Part shown: in pieces, positions 1-7,493 of the stretch
Layout: each line of letters opens with the position of its first letter
Numbering within the stretch: position 1 is the first letter of the stretch
NCBI GenBank assembly: GCA_964518465.1
Contig: CAZFGY010000002.1
Coordinates: 1-41,526 of the forward strand
Reading direction: 5' to 3'
Origin: an uncultured Candidatus Saccharibacteria bacterium
GTDB lineage: Bacteria; Patescibacteriota; Saccharimonadia; Saccharimonadales; Saccharimonadaceae
Length of the DNA: 41,526 nucleotides
The notes under the pieces: model-generated
What the model was told of the DNA's origin: nothing
The model's input: the letters and a program-made list of their open reading frames with translations, nothing else
Databases searched by the model: none
Translations under genes and position numbers: made by a program

Positions 1-51
1 CCAAATTTTTTGCCATTTTTGTTCAATTTTCAGGGGGTCATATCTATCCAT
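1..51 (-). CDS. leuS: 5' end (17 codons) of a class I aminoacyl-tRNA synthetase, most likely leucine--tRNA ligase; continues off the window
   Basis: My translation of 51->1 is MDRYDPLKIEQKWQKIW, matching the typical LeuRS N-terminus (YxPxxIExKWQxxW); ValRS starts similarly. TATAAT at 59-64 (-) lies 7 nt upstream of the ATG. Confidence 0.7.
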   Translation of the reverse strand, partial: MDRYDPLKIEQKWQKIW

Positions 52-112
52 GTTTTACATTATAACACAAACGGGCGGGGGTGGGTATCTGGAGACGCGA
101 CACTACTCGATA

Positions 113-142
113 AAAACATAGGTCGGCTAGCACTAGCCGACC
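113..142 (-). terminator. Intrinsic terminator downstream of the small ORF 165-362
   Basis: Perfect inverted repeat GGTCGGCTAG-ca-CTAGCCGACC (121-142), followed on the - strand by TATGTTTTT. Confidence 0.75.
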
Positions 143-164
143 TTCTTGGGTTTGATAAGGTCCT

Positions 165-362
165 CTACATGGACGTAGCTCTAGGATGACCGCCGCCGCT
201 ACAACCGCCACCTGATCCGCACGCGCACACTGCGTTAAACAAGTCTGGCCGATAAGGCTCCGTATCCTCGGTAATACATTCAAGGATCTTTCCTCTTACG
301 ATGGTGCCTCCGCGAGCCATCTCTTTAATATTACGCTGCGCGGTTTGTGCTTTTCTTCTCAT
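165..362 (-). CDS. Small hypothetical peptide (65 aa) with a basic N-terminus and Cys/Gly-rich C-terminus
   Basis: GGGAGG RBS upstream of the ATG, own promoter TTGACA-17-TACGAT (467-439) and a downstream terminator. Confidence 0.6.
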   Translation of the reverse strand: MRRKAQTAQRNIKEMARGGTIVRGKILECITEDTEPYRPDLFNAVCACGSGGGCSGGGHPRATSM

Positions 363-438
363 GTTCTTGCCCTCCCTTTTTGTTTTATTGTTTTATTGCG
401 CGAGTTCTAAGCATATGAACTAAGGCACTCACAGCTTA

Positions 439-504
439 ATCGTATCATTGAATATTGATTCTGTCAAAATTTACATTGACTTTTTTGATGAAGTGTGCTA
501 TAAT
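439..504. promoter_or_regulatory. Back-to-back sigma70-type promoters
   Basis: Minus strand: TTGACA (467-462), 17 nt, TACGAT (444-439). Plus strand: TTGACT (476-481), 17 nt, TGc-TATAAT (499-504). Confidence 0.65.
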
Positions 505-550
505 GAGGAGATAGAGCATCTCTTAGTAATACTGGGTATTATCTCCTCAC

Positions 551-575
551 AAACCCCCCTGCGATGGGGGCTTTT
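551..575. terminator. Probable bidirectional terminator at the 3' end of the TrmH-family gene
   Basis: AAACCCCCC-tgcgat-GGGGGCTTTT hairpin with T-runs on both strands. Confidence 0.6.
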
Positions 576-1101
576 AGCTATTTTGTAAACCCCAGAGCGC
601 GATGCCGGTCGCGACAGAAACGTTGAAAGATTCTTTGCGGCCCTGCATGGGGATTTCGAGAAAATAATCGATTGTTTTGCGTAAATCCGCGGGTATGCCA
701 TGGACTTCTTCGCCGAGAATGAGAATTACTTGGTCATTGAGCGCCAGAGGTTCGCCCCTGGTAGTTTTGCGTTGGCTGAGGACAACTTGGCGCGACAATT
801 CGGAAGGGTCGAGATTATTCTCGAGCCCGAGAATTGTATAGCCTTCTGTGCGCTGCTTCGAGAGCCAAGCAACCGGGTCGTCGACGAGAATTTGCGGAAC
901 GAGGGTTTCCGCGCCGAGGGCAGATTTGGCGATTTGATGATTGAGCTTCGTGCGCAGATGCGGTAAAAGATTTGGATCGCCAAAACGCGGGGTGTAGCCT
1001 GAGAAAGCGACGCTCTGCACGCCCAAGCCTTCGGCAGTGCGTAAAATGGCACCGACATTATAGATGGAGCGAATGTTATGAAGAAGTAGAGTGATTTGCA
1101 T
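574..1101 (-). CDS. SpoU/TrmH-family RNA 2'-O-methyltransferase
   Basis: SPOUT motifs NIRSIYNVGAILRTAE, LGEEVHG and IPMQGRKESFNVSVA. Confidence 0.9.
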   Translation of the reverse strand: MQITLLLHNIRSIYNVGAILRTAEGLGVQSVAFSGYTPRFGDPNLLPHLRTKLNHQIAKSALGAETLVPQILVDDPVAWLSKQRTEGYTILGLENNLDPSELSRQVVLSQRKTTRGEPLALNDQVILILGEEVHGIPADLRKTIDYFLEIPMQGRKESFNVSVATGIALWGLQNS

Positions 1102-1104
1102 AGG

Positions 1105-2322
1105 CTAGACCGGGATTTCGAAATTACGATTATGAACGGCGATATGGCGGTGGCTATCAAGGCTTGCGCGGCGATTTTCATCATAGGTGGCTTGGGTGAG
1201 TGTACGGGTTAGGGTAATAATCTGGACAAAAGTATCGTCATCGGTTGTGTGCTGATCAAAAATCTCACCATTGCGGCGGCAGCGGTCCATGCCCTCTTCG
1301 ATGAAATGGTCGTGGGCTTTATGTAGCAAGGCATTTTCGATCTGTTGACGCAGGTTTGGGGAATTTGGATGTGACTTGGCATATTCTAAGACTTCGTACG
1401 GAACATAACGCCGGGCGATAAGTTCGCGAGAACAAACTGCCAGAGCATGCTTTAGATTCTCGTCTGCGGCTTCGATATAAGTACTGGCGCGTTGGATTAG
1501 AGGATCTTCACTGTCGTAGGCGTCATCAGGCAGCATGGCTTCGAACAGTTCATTTTGGGCGCGGATTTCGGAGAGCACTTTGAAACGCGCCTGGAGCATT
1601 TGCGGCGAGAGCATATTGGGTAGCCACTTGCTATCCTCGTTGCCACGCTGGAAAGTTTCCGCTAGCTGTTGGACTTCTTCGCCACTGACGCCGATGACAT
1701 AGCGCGGGACGAGCGGGAGGTAATGCTCAACCTCACCATCGGTATAGTAGTCGATACTGCTAAATCCGAAGGGGAGCTGCCGATTGTCATTATAGGAACG
1801 GGTAAGCTTATCAAGGACTTTAGCGCGGTCGACTTGCAGAGTGACGTCAAAAGCAAGCGGTAATGTAGTGAGTTCAAGCCCAGCACTTCCTTCGAAGCTC
1901 TCCGCAAAAGTCAAAGTCGAGAAGGCGTCGACGCGGTGGCTGAGGTCGTCATAGCGAGTAGCTGCGAAAGTCTGGGTCGTAAACTGCTCGCCATCTGCGG
2001 ATGGGAGATTTCCTAACCAGCGTCCAATCTGGACGCCTTGAGCAAAAATACGCTCGAAAGTTTGGGCGAGCTTACCGCTATCTGGGTCGTGATTGAAGCG
2101 CGCTTCAGTACGCTCAACATAAGCTTGGTCACGTTCCAACTTATGCGTAGAATAAAGCTCATTAAAATCGGTTAGTTTTAGCTCAAAAGAACGCCCGCAA
2201 TATGGAACTTGCCGAGATTCTAAGTTCATCTCCGCGGCTTCGATCACTAAATGACCTACCCGCTGCCCAGGACGCTCAAGAGCAGAAGCGGTTTCAGAAT
2301 GAGGAATTTTTTCTAAATTCAT
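1105..2322 (-). CDS. Hypothetical protein (405 aa)
   Basis: Long ORF tightly coupled to the TrmH gene; TATAAT 8 nt upstream of the ATG; no motif recognised. Confidence 0.75.
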   Translation of the reverse strand: MNLEKIPHSETASALERPGQRVGHLVIEAAEMNLESRQVPYCGRSFELKLTDFNELYSTHKLERDQAYVERTEARFNHDPDSGKLAQTFERIFAQGVQIGRWLGNLPSADGEQFTTQTFAATRYDDLSHRVDAFSTLTFAESFEGSAGLELTTLPLAFDVTLQVDRAKVLDKLTRSYNDNRQLPFGFSSIDYYTDGEVEHYLPLVPRYVIGVSGEEVQQLAETFQRGNEDSKWLPNMLSPQMLQARFKVLSEIRAQNELFEAMLPDDAYDSEDPLIQRASTYIEAADENLKHALAVCSRELIARRYVPYEVLEYAKSHPNSPNLRQQIENALLHKAHDHFIEEGMDRCRRNGEIFDQHTTDDDTFVQIITLTRTLTQATYDENRRASLDSHRHIAVHNRNFEIPV

Positions 2323-2354
2323 ACTGATACATTATATCATTACTTAAAGGTAAG

Positions 2355-2378
2355 AAAAACCGCATCCAGCGGATGCGG
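2355..2378 (-). terminator. Intrinsic terminator of ORFan 2394-2702
   Basis: CCGCATCC-agc-GGATGCGG (2360-2378), followed by TTTTT on the - strand. Confidence 0.7.
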
Positions 2379-2393
2379 CAAAAGGTATGGAGG

Positions 2394-2702
2394 CTAAGGT
2401 GCGGTACAAAGATCCTTTAAGTGCTGGCTAGCCAGACGGATCGAATCCGTCAGCAGAGTGAGATTCCGTTCGTGAAGGCCATAGGCCGGGTTTAATTGTA
2501 CCTGGATCAGGCCCACTGCTAAATCCCTGAGGTTAAGCGAGATTGCCCCGCCAGAGCGCATAGCGATCAGACACGCAAGTTCATCGAAAGCCTTGGGATC
2601 GGTCGGAATCTCCGTAGGGAGAAACCAGATTTTACAAAAGATTTTAGAACACTGTTCCAGTTTAATCGAAGGGTTTTCAAGATTGACTACACTGAGGCGC
2701 AC
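2394..2702 (-). CDS. Hypothetical protein (102 aa, ORFan-like)
   Basis: GTG start with AGGAGGTGAGG RBS, promoter TTGACT-17-TACAAT at 2790-2762 and own terminator. Confidence 0.65.
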   Translation of the reverse strand: MRLSVVNLENPSIKLEQCSKIFCKIWFLPTEIPTDPKAFDELACLIAMRSGGAISLNLRDLAVGLIQVQLNPAYGLHERNLTLLTDSIRLASQHLKDLCTAP

Positions 2703-2820
2703 AAGACCTCACCTCCTTTTAAAACATCTGGACTAAACCTTCAAGTGAGGTTTCATTTACCATTGTAGCACAGATTATTGAAAAAGTCAAGTATTTTGAC
2801 ACAAAATTGTGGGGAATGCT

Positions 2821-3552
2821 CTATTTGACGAGAATGTCTTCTTCGGGGAGCGGACGAATACCGGATTCAGAGCGAAAACCGTCGTAATAATTGGTTTTGA
2901 TAGGGGGATGGCCGATTTTATTGGCGGCTTTGACGATTTCATTGACGTCGTCGGTCATTTTGTAGATTGCGAGGTCATTCTTGGAGATCAAGCCAAGGGG
3001 AAGCATTTTGGAGCGATAGAACTTATCAAGCGGGCGCCAAAAACTCTTGCCGAAGAAGAAAACCGGCATTTTGGGCATTTTGCGCTCTTGCATCAGGATG
3101 GTAATCTCAGAGAGCTCGTCCATGGTACCGAGGCCGCCGGGAAAGAAAACGTAAACTTTGGCTGACATCGCCAGCATAACTTTGCGAGCGAAAAAGTACT
3201 GAAATTGCAAGGTATCGGTCAGATAAGGGTTCGGGAATTGCTCATGGCGCAAGGTGATATTGAGACCGATACTGCGGCCGCCATATTCAAAGGCACCACG
3301 GTTGGCGGCTTCCATAATGCCAGGACCGCCACCGGTAATGACGGCGTGGCCATTCTGGGCGAGGAGCTGGCCTAGCTCCCTGGCCTTCTGACAATATTTG
3401 TGATCTTGAGCGAGCCGCGCAGAACCGAAAATTGTCACACCTTGAGGATAAGTGCGAATGATCTTGAGACCGCGCTCGAGATCGTTGGCATAAGCTTTGG
3501 CACGTTCGACATCGGCAGCTTCGAGTTGTTTTAGGATTTCTTCATCAAGCAT
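2821..3552 (-). CDS. LOG family (TIGR00730-like) nucleotide phosphoribohydrolase
   Basis: Motifs FGSAR, TGGGPGIMEAANRGA, FFARK and PGGLGTMDE. Confidence 0.9.
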   Translation of the reverse strand: MLDEEILKQLEAADVERAKAYANDLERGLKIIRTYPQGVTIFGSARLAQDHKYCQKARELGQLLAQNGHAVITGGGPGIMEAANRGAFEYGGRSIGLNITLRHEQFPNPYLTDTLQFQYFFARKVMLAMSAKVYVFFPGGLGTMDELSEITILMQERKMPKMPVFFFGKSFWRPLDKFYRSKMLPLGLISKNDLAIYKMTDDVNEIVKAANKIGHPPIKTNYYDGFRSESGIRPLPEEDILVK

Positions 3553-3561
3553 GTTACTCCT

Positions 3562-4524
3562 TTATTTTACTTCTTGAATCGGCATAGGATGGAGATCGAC
3601 TTCTCCGGCCAAGATACCCGCGGTGGTACCGTATTTCTGAGTGACTTTGGCGGCGTTGGCCGAGGCGAAGGTAAGAGCGCGCTTAAAATCCGCCGTGGCG
3701 GCATACTCGGCCAAAAAGCCTGAGCCAAAAGCCGCGCCAGCACCAGTCGCATCACGCAAACGTTTCTGTTCATAAATGCCAAGACGGTAGGTCTTGTGAT
3801 GATTGGTCGCGATAGCACCCATTGCTCCATCGGTAATAATAACGGTAGGACAATAATTGGCCAGGTGAGACAAGAGTTCAGAAAGTAGGACGCCAGGGAC
3901 GATTTGCGCCGCTTGATGTTTATTGACGATGAGCACATCGACATCTTCGAGCAGGCCAATAAGCTTTTTCGGCTCGGCAAGCTCAGCGGTACCAGGATCG
4001 AACATGACTTTCGCGTCTAGTGCGTGGGCGGTTTCGAAAAATTCCAGCAACTTGTCCATGTCGCCATGGAGGCTCGCGGCATAGAGCCAATCCGGATGGA
4101 TAGTTTTCAGGTCGTCAGCTTGAAGATTTTGAGTCCGGCTAGAAACGCCCTGATAAGTCAAGGTCGTGCATTCGCCAGATTTAGCGTCAAGCAATACTAC
4201 AGAGCAGCCGGTAGAGCCACGGAGAAATTCGAGGCAACTACTGTCGATGTTTTCGATGTCTAAGCAGGTGGTGACGGCTTCGCCGGCAGCGTCGTGAGCG
4301 AGGTTGCTGATGAGGATGGTTTCGTGATCGTGGCGCGCAAAAGTCACCGCGGCGCTCAAGGCGTCTCCGCCCACCGAGAAAACAGCCTTATCGATGTCGA
4401 CGTGGGTACCGATCAGCATTTTACCAAAAATTGATTGATTGCCAATCTCGAGACCTTCGAAATCATCGTGATCGACCATGCGAATGTCCTGAATAGCGGT
4501 GCCGAGCGAAACGATCCGGCTCAT
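3562..4524 (-). CDS. PfkB/ribokinase-family carbohydrate kinase (catalytic Asp apparently substituted)
   Basis: FDPG, IVN and ITDG motifs; the C-terminal signature reads DATGAGAAFGSG where the canonical form is DxxGAGDxF. Confidence 0.8.
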   Translation of the reverse strand: MSRIVSLGTAIQDIRMVDHDDFEGLEIGNQSIFGKMLIGTHVDIDKAVFSVGGDALSAAVTFARHDHETILISNLAHDAAGEAVTTCLDIENIDSSCLEFLRGSTGCSVVLLDAKSGECTTLTYQGVSSRTQNLQADDLKTIHPDWLYAASLHGDMDKLLEFFETAHALDAKVMFDPGTAELAEPKKLIGLLEDVDVLIVNKHQAAQIVPGVLLSELLSHLANYCPTVIITDGAMGAIATNHHKTYRLGIYEQKRLRDATGAGAAFGSGFLAEYAATADFKRALTFASANAAKVTQKYGTTAGILAGEVDLHPMPIQEVK

Positions 4525-5168
4525 ACCAGTACGCCTTTCTTCTCTGATTCAGCGACGAGAGATTGGTACATAGCGGCAGGATCGGCGGCTTTTGAGATTG
4601 CGCTACCGACATTGATGACGTCGATGCCAGCGTGGGCAAGGGCGCGGACGTTGCTGAGGTTTGCGCCACCGTCCCAACCGATTTCGAGGTCAGATTTAAT
4701 AGCCCTGAGGAGAGGGACTTTTTCGATCTGGAGCATATCAATATTGCCACCCTGGCGACCTAATTCACCGGCAAAAATCATGGCGTGATCCGCGGAAGCG
4801 ATCAGTTCACGAACTTTACCGGGGAAAGTACTCTTGAGCAGAGCGATGCCGACCTTAATGCCAGCGCTGCGAAGTTGCGCAAAGAGACCAGGGAGATTAT
4901 CATCGACCTCGGCGTGCAAAATACAGAGGCTGGGCTTCAGACTTAAGACGGTGGCGAGGTGCTCGCTCGGGCGCGCGGTCATGAGATGTAGGTCAATGCT
5001 GACGTTTTCTGGGAATTTCATATTCGTGAGCGGAACCATATTGGTCGGGGCGAAGCTACCGTCCGAGGCGTCAATCTGAATGCGTTTGCTGAATTGGCTA
5101 AATTTGGCAAGATTAGCGTCAAAAACCGCCTGGTCGTCGGTGGTGATGGTGGGGACGATAAGGGACAT
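4521..5168 (-). CDS. rpe: Ribulose-phosphate 3-epimerase
   Basis: IDASDGSF, DLHLM, WDGG and VGSAI motifs; in an operon with rpiB and gap. Confidence 0.85.
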   Translation of the reverse strand: MSLIVPTITTDDQAVFDANLAKFSQFSKRIQIDASDGSFAPTNMVPLTNMKFPENVSIDLHLMTARPSEHLATVLSLKPSLCILHAEVDDNLPGLFAQLRSAGIKVGIALLKSTFPGKVRELIASADHAMIFAGELGRQGGNIDMLQIEKVPLLRAIKSDLEIGWDGGANLSNVRALAHAGIDVINVGSAISKAADPAAMYQSLVAESEKKGVLV

Positions 5169-5626
5169 TAGTTTTGCTCCTGGTCAAGGCGCTTGGCGCG
5201 GCGAAGATATTTTGGATTCGGGTCGGGATGAGCATGACAGAAAGCTTTAATAATGTCATCCATGGTATTTGTATCGAGATAATCTGCGGAAAGGCAAAGG
5301 ACGTTGGCATAATCGTTGGTGCGCGCATGCTGGGCGCTTTCCACAGTCGCAGCATTAACGGCACGGATACCCTTGAAACGATTAGCCTGCATAGTGACAC
5401 CGTGAGCTGAGCCACAGATGAGAATACCGAAACTGTGCTCGTCGGCCAAGACGGCTTTCGATACGGCAATCGCAGCATCATTATAATCATCCTCGGGGCC
5501 ATATTCTTCCGGACCCAGGTCTTCGACAATGACATTCTCGTGGCAATCGCGCAAAATCGGGAAAAGTTCCTCCTTCTTACCGAAACCGCGATGGTCAGAA
5601 CCTAAATAAAGATGGTATTCCTGCAT
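5168..5626 (-). CDS. rpiB: RpiB/LacA/LacB-family ribose-5-phosphate isomerase
   Basis: GSDHRG, ILICGS, ANRFKGIRA, ARxxxxANVLCL and C-terminal YLRR. Confidence 0.9.
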   Translation of the reverse strand: MQEYHLYLGSDHRGFGKKEELFPILRDCHENVIVEDLGPEEYGPEDDYNDAAIAVSKAVLADEHSFGILICGSAHGVTMQANRFKGIRAVNAATVESAQHARTNDYANVLCLSADYLDTNTMDDIIKAFCHAHPDPNPKYLRRAKRLDQEQN

Positions 5627-5638
5627 ACTTATATCCTC

Positions 5639-6637
5639 CTAGCGTCCAAAATCTACTGCTAGCTCGACCAGACGATTAGAGTAACCCCATTCGTTGTCGT
5701 ACCAAGCGATTACTTTGACCATGTTGCCCCCGACGACGTCAAGCAGAGGCAAATCAATGATAGTCGAATGCGAATTGCCCCGTAGGTCGGTACTGACCAA
5801 AGCATCCTCGGTAACTTCCAAAATGCCTTCGTAATATGGCTCTTGGGAGGCGCGCTCAAAGACTTTGGACAGCTCCTCGATCGTGACATTGCGCTTCAGG
5901 ACGGCGGTAATATCCGCCAGTGAAACCACAAGGGTAGGGACGCGGACCGAAAGACCGTTGAACTTCCCAGCTAGGCTCGGGATGGTAAGGGCGGCAGCTT
6001 TCGAGGCGCCAGTAGTCGTAGGGACGATATTGACGGCAGCGGCGCGAGCTTCGCGCAGGTCCTTGGCAGCATCATCAACGAGTTTCTGCGAAGCGGTATA
6101 AGAGTGTACGGTGGTCATCATGGCTTTTTCGATACCGAAATTATCTTCGAGGATTTTCATAGCTGGAGCGATACAGTTCGTAGTACAAGAGGCGCAAGAG
6201 ATGATATCGTCATCAGCGGTGACGACTTCTTCATTAACGCCGAGGACAACGGTCTTGGCGCCAGGACCTTTCGCAGGGGCGGAAATTACGACCTTGCGTG
6301 CACCGGCCTTGATATGAGAGCGAGCATCCGCAGGGTTGCAAAAACGTCCAGTACATTCCATGACAGTATCAATTTTGAGCTTATCCCAAGGCAAACGTAG
6401 CGGCTCAGGCTCGGAGAGGAAAAGAATTTTATGACCGTCAACGATAATGTGTTTGTCGTCGTAATCAATTTCGTGGTCATAAACACCATAAGCTGAATCG
6501 TACTTAAGCAAGTGCGCAAAAGTAGCAGGATCACCTAGACTATTGACGGCAATGACTTCCGCATCGCGCCTTTCAAAAGCGATCTTGAACGCCGCGCGCC
6601 CAATCCGTCCGAAACCGTTGATTGCGAGTCTTACCAT
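5639..6637 (-). CDS. gap: Type I glyceraldehyde-3-phosphate dehydrogenase
   Basis: INGFGRIGR, active site ASCTTNC and WYDNEWGYS. Confidence 0.97.
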   Translation of the reverse strand: MVRLAINGFGRIGRAAFKIAFERRDAEVIAVNSLGDPATFAHLLKYDSAYGVYDHEIDYDDKHIIVDGHKILFLSEPEPLRLPWDKLKIDTVMECTGRFCNPADARSHIKAGARKVVISAPAKGPGAKTVVLGVNEEVVTADDDIISCASCTTNCIAPAMKILEDNFGIEKAMMTTVHSYTASQKLVDDAAKDLREARAAAVNIVPTTTGASKAAALTIPSLAGKFNGLSVRVPTLVVSLADITAVLKRNVTIEELSKVFERASQEPYYEGILEVTEDALVSTDLRGNSHSTIIDLPLLDVVGGNMVKVIAWYDNEWGYSNRLVELAVDFGR

Positions 6638-6664
6638 CTTACCTCCTAGAATATACTTACGCCT

Positions 6665-6693
6665 ATTATAATCCTAATGTTTCTGACCGTCAA
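6665..6693 (-). promoter_or_regulatory. gap operon promoter
   Basis: TTGACG (6693-6688), 17 nt, TATAAT (6670-6665); AGGAGG RBS before the gap ATG. Confidence 0.7.
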
Positions 6694-6747
6694 TGTAATA
6701 TCTTGAGTGAAAACCATCCATGAGATCTATATTAAGTTTAGGAAAAT

Positions 6748-6951
6748 GGCTTCGTCCGCAGCGGGTACGCAGGTATTAACCAACACATGCTTACTTTAAT
6801 AGGAAATTTTCTCCGTCTTATAACTGGTCGTAGTATGTCTATAGATAAAAATTATACATTTCGCGTTGATGGTGAGGGTCGCGTCTACAGTGTCGTAGCA
6901 CCAGATTACCGTTTCTATGCCTTTCCCCTCCGTTGCCTAGTCTCTACTTAG
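6748..6951 (+). other. Cassette A1: C-terminal CLec/Fib_succ_major-like module with no start codon ahead of its first motif
   Basis: Translates GFVRSGYAGINQHMLTLIGNFLRLITGRSMSIDKNYTFRVDGEGRVYSVVAPDYRFYAFPLRCLVST*. An in-frame TAG lies at 6739-6741. The YNWS motif is present but in another frame (TATAACTGGTCG). Confidence 0.75.
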
Positions 6952-6979
6952 GCTATAGGTATGAAAGAAAACAGCTTAA

Positions 6980-7186
6980 CCCTTCCTCCGCGCCGGGCTC
7001 GTTGACCCTTGGGGTAGTACCCGAAAGATTCGACGCATTAGTGGTAATGCCTTCTTCTGGTCTTCTATTACGGCTTTAGAGGCTAATTATGCTCAGTATT
7101 TCCTCTTTACTCCTCAAGAGATCTATCCATCCCGTTCCCTTCATTATCTCAATGGCTTCCCCCTCCGTTGCCTCTTGCTAGGCTGA
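6980..7186 (+). other. Cassette A2: start-less CLec/Fib_succ_major-like module
   Basis: Translates PFLRAGLVDPWGSTRKIRRISGNAFFWSSITALEANYAQYFLFTPQEIYPSRSLHYLNGFPLRCLLLG*, directly preceded by an in-frame TAA (6977-6979). Confidence 0.85.
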
Positions 7187-7199
7187 TCTATGGAAAAGA

Positions 7200-7400
7200 G
7201 CGCGCGCCGGATTACCGGCTCCATCTTATAATCTGCAAGCTATGCGAAGGGTAAATAAGGAGGGTGACTTTTGGTCAAAGAATAGTGCGTCTACAATTCG
7301 TACTTATGTTGTAGCTTTAAACGAAACGACAGTTTTTCCTCTTAACTCTGGTAACCGTTTCTTCGGTTTCTCCCTCCGTTGCCTTATGCTACTAGGATAG
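7200..7400 (+). other. Cassette A3: CLec/Fib_succ_major-like module with no start codon ahead of its first motif
   Basis: Translates ARAGLPAPSYNLQAMRRVNKEGDFWSKNSASTIRTYVVALNETTVFPLNSGNRFFGFSLRCLMLLG*; in-frame TAG at 7179-7181. Confidence 0.85.
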
Positions 7401-7493
7401 GAAGGATGATGATCTGCTATGGACTATGGACTCTATACATGATATAATAGGTAAGTTCGTTATTGTATGGATAGTACTGTGAGGAGGGCTAGC

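Larger units (their letters stand above)
6742..7400 (+). repeat. Tandem array of three homologous variable-domain cassettes (array A)
   Basis: The core CCCTCCGTTGCCT recurs at 6926, 7161 and 7372 (spacing 235 and 211). Each unit is an open frame from an xR[S/A]G motif to F[P/S]LRCL-stop. Confidence 0.9.

Noticed and set aside
4521-5168. Rpe first metal ligand reads QID rather than HxD
   Set aside because: The other ligands (D, H, D) are intact; one substitution is too weak to call loss of function.
6922-7384. CRISPR array interpretation of the recurring CCCTCCGTTGCCT
   Set aside because: The period is 211-235 bp, the 'spacers' are mutually homologous coding-like sequence, the repeats are short and degenerate, and there are no cas genes in the window.
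6742-7400. Complete DGR locus (template repeat plus RT)
   Set aside because: No reverse transcriptase or Avd-like ORF is present, no unit is dominated by AAC codons, and no near-identical TR/VR pair differing only at adenines is seen.
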